Shown: one piece after another, positions 23,244 through 32,174 of the stretch | Layout: each line of letters begins with the position of its first letter | Position numbering within the stretch: the first letter of the stretch is position 1 | DNA from: a virus | Lineage: Duplodnaviria > Caudoviricetes | Length of the DNA: 45,657 nt | Direction: 5' to 3' (one strand) | IMG/VR virus record: IMGVR_UViG_3300044971_001645 | Coordinates: 1 to 45,657 of that record | Position numbers and translations under genes: made by a program | The notes under the pieces: model-generated | The model's input: the letters and a program-made list of their open reading frames with translations, nothing else | What the model was told of the DNA's origin: nothing | The model's database searches: none

Positions 23244-23428
23244 GTGCTGAGCTTCGGAAAGACAACTGGCTGATGCTCCAGTTCGGCGTCGCCAAAGAAC
23301 TGGGGCTCAGCCTTACCGAAGTTCGCACCACGATGACCGCCGAGGAGTTACTCGGCTGGAGCGCCTACTTCAGCATCCTCAACGAGGACCAGCAAAAGGA
23401 GATGGACAAAGCCCGACGCCGCCGCTAA
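23231..23428 (+). CDS. -1 frameshift extension of the tail assembly chaperone (gpT-like; not in ORF track)
   Basis: The -1 frame reads PKELSAELRKDNWLMLQFGVAKELGLSLTEVRTTMTAEELLGWSAYF...RRRR*. Confidence 0.85.
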   Translation, partial: PKELSAELRKDNWLMLQFGVAKELGLSLTEVRTTMTAEELLGWSAYFSILNEDQQKEMDKARRRR

Positions 23429-23443
23429 CCCGGCGGCTTTTTT
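23418..23443 (+). terminator. Rho-independent terminator
   Basis: GCCGCCG-CTAACC-CGGCGGC followed by T6. Confidence 0.7.
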
Positions 23444-23481
23444 GTCGCGTAAACTGAAGTACCAGAGTGTGACGTAGCGCC

Positions 23482-26481
23482 GTGGCTTACAGAGCCGACA
23501 TCGAAATTGCGGTACGCGGCGCACAAGATCTAAAGCGCTTACAGAACGAAGTATCAACTGCCTCAAAGCTAGTCAATCAACTTAATCAATACATTGAAAC
23601 TTTTGGCGGACCCTCTATTGTCCGTAGTGTCCGTAATTTAAAAGATGTTGTAAGTGAAGCTGCCACGGCATTTAATAAAGCGGCTTTAGGTACAGATGAA
23701 GCAACTATTGCCGCTAAAAAATATATCGAAGCTACAGCAGAACTTAACGCGGGATTGCGTGAACGTCGAGAACTGCTTTCCAGCATCACAGAGCAGGAGC
23801 GTAAAGCTCGACTGGCACGTTCTGGTATTACCGAAACGACTCAATACGCAGGTCCAATCGGACCAGGGCAAGCTAGTCCTGTTGCCTTGCGTTCGGAATT
23901 ACGTGGACGGACACAACAAATTCTTGACGAGCGACAGGGCCGCAAAGAGTTAAACGCAGTTCTTGAAGACCAATTCGAAAAAGAGCGGCAGTTGCAAAAC
24001 AACCGTCTTGACGAAAAAGCTGCCCAAGTGCAGGCTGCTTTAGACAAACAAGCTGCTGCTACAGCTGAGACAGCTGCACAAACAGCAAAGTTAAACGACA
24101 GAACTCAAGAATTTACTGCACGTACAGACCAAGCAGCCCGTGCTGCACGAGCGCAAACAGCCGAGTACCTGCGCCAGCTGCGTAGCCTTAAAGAGCTACG
24201 AAAAACACAAGCAACTGCTCCGGCAGGAGGTTTTCCTGTAGAAGGACCTATGGCAAGTCCGGGTTTCCGGGGTATGCAGCGTAACGTAGGTAAATTTGGC
24301 GAAAACCTAGCTCTTGGCGCAGGTTTTCCTTTACTTTTCGGCGGTGGCCCTGGTACTGTTGCTGGTTCTGTGCTCGGTTCATTCGTAGGCACAGGTTTTG
24401 GAGGGCAAATTCTTGGCGGAGCTATCGGTCAAGTTTTAGACCAAACACTTATCAAGATTAAAGACATAGGTAATGCAATTAAACAGCTAAATTTTGACAC
24501 TCTTACTGAGTCAGGAATTAAATTTTCATCTGAAGTGCAATCACAGTTAGATCTACTTTTGCAGGTTGGCGATGCTTTAACAGCACAAAAAATTGTAAGT
24601 CAGGAAGTCGCTCGTGAGACAGGAACACTACCCGGTGTAACTGAAGATGTAGCCAATAGTGTGAACATACTGAATGACTCTTGGCGTAAAACAATAAATG
24701 CCGTAAGCACCACAGCAGGGATTATCGCTGCACCCTTAGCAGTCGCTTTAGCTGGCGTACTGGAAGCAGTAAATAGTATCTTTAGAGTTTTAAATGGAGT
24801 GTTTAGCTTAATCGGCACAGGCATTAAGACAGCTGCAAAATTTGTAATTGAATTGATCGGAGGTAAAGATGCTGTCGATTTTATCAATAACAGTATAGAC
24901 AAATTAAATAGCGGCCTTAGTGAAGCTACTGCGCGCGCGGCAGAGTTTCGTAACACAATTAACCAAGCTGTAGTACGGTCAGACATAGAGTTACGAGCTA
25001 CTAAAGCTCTTACACCTGGAGTAACAACAGAAGATAAACTTACAAATATCAATATCCAAAAACAAAAAGATCTTGATTTGTTGTTTCAAGATGAAATCGA
25101 CGCCCGCATTAAAATACGGCAAGAAAACGCAAAAGCGACAGCAGAAACTGTAGACGGACTTATTAAACAAAATACGTTACTGTTTAAAAATAAGCGTGAA
25201 AACATAGAAATTACTGCACAAAGACAGACCACAGCTGAAATCCAACGCGAACAAGCAGAATTGGAGCGTAAGGCTGCTCAAGAATTAGAGCGCCAAAGAA
25301 AAGAGCTTGAGCGCATAGCAAAGTTACGGGTTGATCAATTGAATACCGCACAGAAAAACTACGTTCTTGCGGAAGCTGAGATCGGTGTCCTTACAGCAGT
25401 GGGCGCAGAAAGTAAGGCACAAGCGGAATACGACAAAGTAAGAATACAGCGTATGTATACTTTCGCAGAATTACTACAAAAAGCACTTAGTGAAGAGGAA
25501 AAAGAAGCTCTTTTGCAGACGCAATACCTAGAGGCTCTAGCTGCTGAAATACAGCTAGACGTAAGAATACTTGAAATACAAAAACAGCAAACAGCGGAGT
25601 TATACGAACAATTAGATGCGGCAGGGTTACTTAATCAACAACTACAAAAAAGACTAGGTAGAGGAGCGCAAAAAGAGAACCTTGGTACTGGAGACGGCAA
25701 GTTACCTTTAGGAGGTTTTACGCCGGATATGCCGCAACTAGCTGGCGACCGTGGAACCAGAGGAAAAATCGAAGATCGTATAGGCCAATTAAAGGAAGAA
25801 ATAAAAGAACTTACAGACCGTGGAAATATCGCTATAAAAGTAGCCGACGGTATAGGCGCTGCATTTAACACGGCGTTCCAAGGCTTGGTTTCTGGGAGCA
25901 TGACCGCTAAAGAAGCTCTAAGCAGTTTCTTTAAGTCTGTAGGAGACATGTTTATTGAAATGGCAGCTGAAATTATTGCCAAACAAACTGTAATGATTAC
26001 ACTTCAACTAATACTTAAGGCTCTTGGTGCAATAGCAGGAGCTGCAGGTGGTCCTACTGGTGCTGCAGGCAGCAAGGGGTACACCTTGCCGAAGGGTGAA
26101 GGGTTTGCTGAAGGGTTTAAACTTCCCCCGATTTTAGGAAGGGCTGTAGGCGGTCCTGTAGCAAGCAGTCAGCCTTACTTTGTGGGCGAACGCGGTCCAG
26201 AGCTGTTTGTTCCAGGCACCGGTGGCAGTATTGTGCCAACCAACGATCTCCGTTCTGCGATGGGCGCTACACCGGGTAGTGCTGGCGCTCCTATCCTTAA
26301 TATGAGTTTTGAGACCACGAGCATCGGCGGAACTGAATACGTGAGCCGCGATCAACTAGAGGCTGCTATGGCCGAAACCCGCCGCCAAGCAACACGCGAT
26401 GGAGCAAAACGCGGAATGAGCATGACCCTTGATCGTATCCAGCAATCACCTCAAACCCGTAGTCGTATTGGTATCCGCTGA
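23482..26481 (+). CDS. Tape measure protein
   Basis: 999 aa, helical and Ala-rich, Gly-rich hydrophobic GFPLLFGGG segment, C-terminal RAVGGPV...VGERGPELFVP. Confidence 0.93.
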   Translation: MAYRADIEIAVRGAQDLKRLQNEVSTASKLVNQLNQYIETFGGPSIVRSVRNLKDVVSEAATAFNKAALGTDEATIAAKKYIEATAELNAGLRERRELLSSITEQERKARLARSGITETTQYAGPIGPGQASPVALRSELRGRTQQILDERQGRKELNAVLEDQFEKERQLQNNRLDEKAAQVQAALDKQAAATAETAAQTAKLNDRTQEFTARTDQAARAARAQTAEYLRQLRSLKELRKTQATAPAGGFPVEGPMASPGFRGMQRNVGKFGENLALGAGFPLLFGGGPGTVAGSVLGSFVGTGFGGQILGGAIGQVLDQTLIKIKDIGNAIKQLNFDTLTESGIKFSSEVQSQLDLLLQVGDALTAQKIVSQEVARETGTLPGVTEDVANSVNILNDSWRKTINAVSTTAGIIAAPLAVALAGVLEAVNSIFRVLNGVFSLIGTGIKTAAKFVIELIGGKDAVDFINNSIDKLNSGLSEATARAAEFRNTINQAVVRSDIELRATKALTPGVTTEDKLTNINIQKQKDLDLLFQDEIDARIKIRQENAKATAETVDGLIKQNTLLFKNKRENIEITAQRQTTAEIQREQAELERKAAQELERQRKELERIAKLRVDQLNTAQKNYVLAEAEIGVLTAVGAESKAQAEYDKVRIQRMYTFAELLQKALSEEEKEALLQTQYLEALAAEIQLDVRILEIQKQQTAELYEQLDAAGLLNQQLQKRLGRGAQKENLGTGDGKLPLGGFTPDMPQLAGDRGTRGKIEDRIGQLKEEIKELTDRGNIAIKVADGIGAAFNTAFQGLVSGSMTAKEALSSFFKSVGDMFIEMAAEIIAKQTVMITLQLILKALGAIAGAAGGPTGAAGSKGYTLPKGEGFAEGFKLPPILGRAVGGPVASSQPYFVGERGPELFVPGTGGSIVPTNDLRSAMGATPGSAGAPILNMSFETTSIGGTEYVSRDQLEAAMAETRRQATRDGAKRGMSMTLDRIQQSPQTRSRIGIR

Positions 26482-26885
26482 TGGCTACATTTCCCGCATT
26501 AACGCCAACATCTCGCAATTTCACCCTAGGCGTTTACCCGCAACGAGAATATCGCGCATTGAGTGGCGCCGTAATAAAACGTACGTTTGGCAACTCGCCA
26601 TACGGCGCAAAACTGGACTTGGAATATCAAAACGTTCCAGACTCAACAGCAGTTACCTTACTTAATCATTACCGCAGTGAAACAGCAGCGAATACGCGTT
26701 TTGTGCTAAGCGCAAATGTTACAGCCGGTATGAGCAGTAGCTTAGTACCATTAGCAGCCGCAACATCAGACGCGCTTCGATGGGAATATGCAGAACCGCC
26801 GCAAGTTAGTTCCGTGCGCCCTGGTTACAGCACAGTTCGCGTTTCACTCAAAGCTGAAATCCGCAACCCACAACTGGACATGTGA
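26481..26885 (+). CDS. Distal tail protein (gpM-like)
   Basis: FPALTPTSR, L.L.Y.N, W.YAEPP; immediately after the tape measure gene. Confidence 0.75.
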   Translation: MATFPALTPTSRNFTLGVYPQREYRALSGAVIKRTFGNSPYGAKLDLEYQNVPDSTAVTLLNHYRSETAANTRFVLSANVTAGMSSSLVPLAAATSDALRWEYAEPPQVSSVRPGYSTVRVSLKAEIRNPQLDM

Positions 26886-27349
26886 TGGATATTCGAATCG
26901 CTCAATTTTTTAAGTTAATCGCGTCTTCTGGAGCGCCTAACTATTTTCAAAATTACTTTGTAAACGAAACAAAAGTATACGCTAATGAAAGCTATGCTTT
27001 TGCGCCTTTTAGAACCGAGGGAACAACAGCGTCGCTAAGTGGTGATAATAGTCTTTTGCAGGTGTTGTTTCCAAATGTAGAAATAGCTTTAAGACTACTT
27101 GCAGCTGCTAACGGTAATAGATTAAGCCGCCTGACATTAACGACCGTTTGGCTCACGGCTGATGGGCAGTACACCACTAACCAACTGCCTGAGTATTACG
27201 TCGGAACTGGTAGCAGTATCAGTGACACCACGATTGAGTTGCGATTTCGCAGTGCTATAGACAGTGTTGCAAGCAATTTCCCCAACCGCCAAATCACCCG
27301 CGACCTAGTGGGACCACTCCCTTTGGACAGCCAAATTCGACTGCAGTGA
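26885..27349 (+). CDS. Tail tip protein (gpL-like)
   Basis: Y.FAPF, FPNR; synteny. Confidence 0.65.
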   Translation: MDIRIAQFFKLIASSGAPNYFQNYFVNETKVYANESYAFAPFRTEGTTASLSGDNSLLQVLFPNVEIALRLLAAANGNRLSRLTLTTVWLTADGQYTTNQLPEYYVGTGSSISDTTIELRFRSAIDSVASNFPNRQITRDLVGPLPLDSQIRLQ

Positions 27350-27732
27350 TAAATTTTAATGATCTAGTTGGACTCCGTTATGGCTGGGGGCACAGTCCCC
27401 GCGACGGCAGCGGCTTTACTGATTGTTTTCAACTTGTCTGCGAAGTCCATAGGCGCATGGGCATGGCTGACTACAGCGCAAAGTACGAGTGGGTCTACCA
27501 GCAGTACACTGAAGCCAGCTTTCCTCGCGGATTGATAGTGCGCTGGCTTCTACAAAATGGCCAGCGGCAAACACGACCTACAGCAGGATGCGTTGCCCTT
27601 TTGCCCGTAAGGTCTGGTGCAGCACTGGGAACCTACACAGACGCCACAAACGTGCTGTTTATTGGCGCTAGTAGTAGTGTGATCCATGTGCCGTTACCTA
27701 CTATCGGGCACATTCTCAAGGTAAACCAATGA
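27346..27732 (+). CDS. NlpC/P60-like tail protein (gpK-like)
   Basis: DLVGL.Y.WG...DCFQLV.EV; the catalytic His is not obvious. Confidence 0.75.
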   Translation: MINFNDLVGLRYGWGHSPRDGSGFTDCFQLVCEVHRRMGMADYSAKYEWVYQQYTEASFPRGLIVRWLLQNGQRQTRPTAGCVALLPVRSGAALGTYTDATNVLFIGASSSVIHVPLPTIGHILKVNQ

Positions 27733-30700
27733 CCCGAAAGCTGCTGCCATATGAGCACGATCTAATTGCAACCCTTGGTTGCACTAAAGAGGAGTATTTG
27801 GAATTTTTGTCACTACAGGAAGAATACAACGATATTAAAGCTGGGAGCGTATTAGATATAAGAAACGACCCTGCAACTGTATCAATTGTGCTTACTGTTA
27901 TAGGAATTATTTTCCAAGTTGCATCGGCACTTTTGATGCCACGCCCTCAAATTCCCAGTGTCGAACGCACTGGCGATGTACAAACAAGGGAGCAACGTTT
28001 TGCACCGCGTTTTGGGTTTAATTCTGCTCAAGAAGTTGCTAAGTATGGTGACGTAATACCCATTGTTTATACAGATATCACAACTAATCCAAACGGCGGT
28101 GTACGGATTACGTCTTCAATGATTTGGAGCGCCATTCGCAGTTATGGACAAAATCAATACATGCAAATGCTTGCGATACTTTCTGGCGGTGCAATTACCG
28201 CAATCGATGCCAACAAAAGCGCTTTTGGGCAAACCGCAATCACTGATCTTGTAGCTCAAAATAAATGGATTTATTTCAGACCAAGCGGCACCGGAGCGCT
28301 GGCATTTCAAAATGAAACATCAAACAATAGCGCTACTGATCCAGCTCGTTATGGCAACGCCACTGACAATCCCTATCGACTTCAAATAGACAACTCGTTG
28401 ACTCGCTACGATGGCTTCAGTCAAGTTTATTCGCCATCAAGCTCTAATACATTTGGCGGTTACTCACCAGTGCCATTTGCGGTTTACTTTTACTTGCGAG
28501 ATAGCGAAAACAATAAGTTTGGAGAATTTGTTGATATCTTTCTTGATTCATTTGGGTTTGATTACGCAGTTAATGGACACACCCTTCCTTTTCAGCCATC
28601 AAACAATCTTGGTTTGATTCCCGTAGGCGCAGGAGTAAGGCTTTGGATTGCGCCTACCAGTGAAACAGGCTTAACTTTAACCGACTTTAATTTACAGTTT
28701 TATCGTGCAAAGGCCGACGTGCGTCGAGCCGTTGCGTCTCAATTTGATGATGCTGGTATTTTTAAGCTAGGTTCTGCTTTGTTTCGCGTTACATCTATAG
28801 AAGGTGATTCACCGGATAATGGAAATTACTTCGTTAACCTAACCTGCATTGAAGCAGGAAGGTCGCCTAGTGTGCGATACAGCGATGTAGAAGTAACCCC
28901 AGATAATTCAGGCTTTTATAACCTAAAGGCTTTGGTGCGCGTTGAAAGCGCTTCATACACATCATTGTCCCGTTGTCATATTATTGATTTCGCTTTTAGG
29001 TGCCAAGTTTTTAGAAGAATAGGCGGTAGGCAGGCATCGTATGGATACTCCGCTAGCGATAACGGATTAGCTCAGCGCCATTCAATGTTCTTAATGTTTT
29101 ATCGCATTGACGGCGGCGATGGAACTACGGCAGGCGCATGGAACATGGTGAACGGTATTTTTGTAGTACGACGCGCTGCGGAGCAAGACAACTATGTCTA
29201 CATTAAACTTGTTAGCTCAGTTCCTTACAACTGGGAAGTTAAATTTGAGCCGGTCGTAGATCCTGTTGCTGAAATCCGAAAGCACCCATCGCTACTTATT
29301 AACGGCGCCGCACAAAATACTCAATACTTATACCTAGAAAACACAGGACCTGACTTTTCTACACCGATAGCCACAGGCATCACACTTAACTTCACTGGAT
29401 ACGTAAAAACTGTCACGCAAACTGCGCCATTGCCGCCATACCCGTTTATTCCTGGTGATACAAGGGAATGGGATTGGTTTAGCCTAGATGCGGACACTGA
29501 TATGACATGTAGTTTTGACCGTGGCCCAGAGTTTACACTTGTAGCTGTGACAGAGCAACAGCGTCAAACATTTGATTTAACACGTTTGTATAAAAATCTT
29601 TCGCTACTAGGTTTTAATGTTTTTAGTGGCAAAGGTCTTCAAGACTTGCGTTCGTTTACGGCGTTTGTTACTCGCGGCAAACCGGTGCGTGTCATTAACA
29701 CAAACACGTTAACCGTTCCATCAGCGCCTACGGGACCAAGCAATTACGCGCCAGATATTTTTCTAGATACTGTCTACGACAAAGAGGACGGCATAGGCAA
29801 TTATGCAGCGGTCGAAGGAATTGATCTAACTGAGTTGGCATACGCAAAACGTTTTTGCGTTGCAAATAATTTATTTCTTGATGGCGTCATTGCCGACCGC
29901 ACAAGCTGGCGAGCTTTTTGGGCTGCTAATGCTCCATTTAGTTTGCTTGAATTTGCTCGGATTGGTGGCAAGGAAACTTTGATACCGGCAGTTCCTTATG
30001 ACAGAGCTACTGGCGCAATGAACCGCAGAGTGCACATTTCTGCTCTGTTTAATCAAGGAAATATCCTCGAAAATTCATACAAAGAGGAGTACATGGATTA
30101 CGATGCAAACGTGCAGGACTTAATAGCAACTGTTATTTATCGCGCTCTTGATAGCAAAGGTATATTCGCTGTTAACCGTTCAATCTCAATTAGCCGCTCG
30201 GACATCACTGAAAATGATGCCGTAATTCAAACGTTCGACATCTCCGCCTATGTAACAAGTGAGGCGCAGGCAATCATGTTTGGCAAGTTGCTTTGTAATA
30301 CTCGGAGATACGTTCGCAACAGCATTGAGTTTAAAACATTTCCAACTACCAGCCCAGTAATGCCTGGTACGTATATTTACGTAGACCTAGGTCAAAACCA
30401 GTGGGATGGAATTTACACAGGTGTCATTGCCGCAGGCGGGCTTCTCAACACGCCCGTTGCTGGTTCAGTGCCTGATGGTACGTACAGTATCTTGCTATAC
30501 CGCAGCGGCGATGGCGTAATCTCAACGACGGTTACGATTGCCAACAATACAGCCGCAAGCCTAAGCACCCGCGAAGGATGGCTGTTTGTATTGGGTCAAG
30601 AGGTTCGCCGCAAAAGGGTTTACCGAGTCAACGAAGTGCAAATGGACGAAGAGGGCGAGGTCACTGTTCGCGCCACAATTTACCCGTGCGATTCTAGCGA

Positions 30701-30752
30701 CCGCAGTCTGATTGCGGATTTCACCGATCAACTTTTTACCATTCGCCGCTAA
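27729..30752 (+). CDS. Tail tip / baseplate hub protein (gpI/J-like fusion)
   Basis: 1007 aa; N-terminal hydrophobic segment, YGDVIPIVY, GPSNYAPDIF, FC..N.LFLDG, LFNQGNI. Confidence 0.8.
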   Translation: MTRKLLPYEHDLIATLGCTKEEYLEFLSLQEEYNDIKAGSVLDIRNDPATVSIVLTVIGIIFQVASALLMPRPQIPSVERTGDVQTREQRFAPRFGFNSAQEVAKYGDVIPIVYTDITTNPNGGVRITSSMIWSAIRSYGQNQYMQMLAILSGGAITAIDANKSAFGQTAITDLVAQNKWIYFRPSGTGALAFQNETSNNSATDPARYGNATDNPYRLQIDNSLTRYDGFSQVYSPSSSNTFGGYSPVPFAVYFYLRDSENNKFGEFVDIFLDSFGFDYAVNGHTLPFQPSNNLGLIPVGAGVRLWIAPTSETGLTLTDFNLQFYRAKADVRRAVASQFDDAGIFKLGSALFRVTSIEGDSPDNGNYFVNLTCIEAGRSPSVRYSDVEVTPDNSGFYNLKALVRVESASYTSLSRCHIIDFAFRCQVFRRIGGRQASYGYSASDNGLAQRHSMFLMFYRIDGGDGTTAGAWNMVNGIFVVRRAAEQDNYVYIKLVSSVPYNWEVKFEPVVDPVAEIRKHPSLLINGAAQNTQYLYLENTGPDFSTPIATGITLNFTGYVKTVTQTAPLPPYPFIPGDTREWDWFSLDADTDMTCSFDRGPEFTLVAVTEQQRQTFDLTRLYKNLSLLGFNVFSGKGLQDLRSFTAFVTRGKPVRVINTNTLTVPSAPTGPSNYAPDIFLDTVYDKEDGIGNYAAVEGIDLTELAYAKRFCVANNLFLDGVIADRTSWRAFWAANAPFSLLEFARIGGKETLIPAVPYDRATGAMNRRVHISALFNQGNILENSYKEEYMDYDANVQDLIATVIYRALDSKGIFAVNRSISISRSDITENDAVIQTFDISAYVTSEAQAIMFGKLLCNTRRYVRNSIEFKTFPTTSPVMPGTYIYVDLGQNQWDGIYTGVIAAGGLLNTPVAGSVPDGTYSILLYRSGDGVISTTVTIANNTAASLSTREGWLFVLGQEVRRKRVYRVNEVQMDEEGEVTVRATIYPCDSSDRSLIADFTDQLFTIRR

Positions 30753-30782
30753 AGTGGGTTAAAGACTCGCCGCCTTCTTGCA

Positions 30783-31268
30783 ATGCCGTACTTCACTGGT
30801 CGCACAGGCGCCCTTTATTTGACCGCTGTCGGCACAAACGATCCCACTCCAGTGGCAGCCGAAAAAGCCTACAAACTCCGCGACTGGAGCCTAGAAACAA
30901 CTGTTGAACTGCTCGAAACTACGACCGTTGACACAGCAGTCAAGAGCTACACACCTGGCGCAAGCAGTGCTACCGGCAGTGCAACTTTGCTGTATTACCG
31001 TCCTGAAGTAGGCGAGACAGGTGTTCAGTTCGATCAGTTTTTGAACAAACTGATGAAAACCACCAATGCAGGTGTAACGGAATCCGACCGTGTTGGCATG
31101 ATCTTGCGCGTTGGTGAAACGCCTGGAGCTGGCGGCGACAACAAAGACGACCTTGCGTTTAATGCTTATATCACCAATGCATCCCTTAGTGTTAGTACCG
31201 GGGAATTGAGCGCCGTGTCACTGCAATTTACCGTAGATGGTCCATTCCGAGAGCTGATTAACGCATGA
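30783..31268 (+). CDS. Tail-tube-fold protein (paralog 2)
   Basis: FTGRTG, RDWSLETTVELLETTT, G.SSATGSA, FTVDG parallel the tube protein motifs. Confidence 0.75.
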   Translation: MPYFTGRTGALYLTAVGTNDPTPVAAEKAYKLRDWSLETTVELLETTTVDTAVKSYTPGASSATGSATLLYYRPEVGETGVQFDQFLNKLMKTTNAGVTESDRVGMILRVGETPGAGGDNKDDLAFNAYITNASLSVSTGELSAVSLQFTVDGPFRELINA

Positions 31269-32137
31269 CCTACTTCTTGGGTCAGTACGGGCGCATCAAG
31301 TTAAGCCGCAAGATGCAATCAAGTTTTGCATCGTCTGTTTTGCCAGCGGACATTAACACCACACTTAACCGTATTGGTATTGATGGAGCAGAGCAAAATT
31401 TACTTACAGGCGATCAAATTCAAATCCAAACTTCTGATGCTAGAGGTTTGGATTTTTTGCCTGCAGCGACGTGGCCGAATGGCGGAGGCGTAACACAGCA
31501 AACAGTTGTTGCTTATGCCAACGTAAACGCTGTAGGCGGCGTTCGTTTGTTTTCTACTTTTCAGCAAGCAGTCAACAATAATCCAGCTCTTGCATATCCA
31601 GTGGAATCTTTCACTGGCGCTACAATTCCTGTTGATGTAAGTATCCGCAGCCTAGGAGATCGGGTGCTAGGCGATGTAACGGGATTTACCTTTAATACTG
31701 ACCGTGAAGCACTGGACACTACAACAATGTCCGATCGCTTCAAAAGCATGTATACATCAGGATTGATTTCTGGTGGCGGAAGCATTGACTGTTTATTTAA
31801 TTCAGAAAGCAGCGAGTTGCGAGAAAACTCACTATTGCTTTTGCAACTGATCAACCGAGTAGAGCTTGGCAGTAGTTTTTCGTGTTTTTTGCAGCTAACT
31901 AACAATCAAGTCTATCAAGAGGTTCCAGATCTTTACTATGAGTTTACGGCTGTTATTACACGATCTGGCATTGAAGTCCAAACCGATCAAGCAATTACAT
32001 GCGCCATTGACTTTGTGACAACCGGTGAAATCCGCTTACTACTGGGGCGGCCCAGCGGCTACGTCCTTAAAGAGGACGATTTTAGGATGCAGCTGCAGCA
32101 AAATCTTGATTTCCTGTTGACAGAGACAGAGGACTAA
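31265..32137 (+). CDS. Tail-tube-fold protein with insert (paralog 3)
   Basis: DVTGFTFNTDREALDTTT...GLISGGGSI...IDFVTTG. Confidence 0.7.
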   Translation: MTYFLGQYGRIKLSRKMQSSFASSVLPADINTTLNRIGIDGAEQNLLTGDQIQIQTSDARGLDFLPAATWPNGGGVTQQTVVAYANVNAVGGVRLFSTFQQAVNNNPALAYPVESFTGATIPVDVSIRSLGDRVLGDVTGFTFNTDREALDTTTMSDRFKSMYTSGLISGGGSIDCLFNSESSELRENSLLLLQLINRVELGSSFSCFLQLTNNQVYQEVPDLYYEFTAVITRSGIEVQTDQAITCAIDFVTTGEIRLLLGRPSGYVLKEDDFRMQLQQNLDFLLTETED

Positions 32138-32174
32138 ACTAGAGCATAGCTTTCGTACCAAAGGAGCGAGCCTC

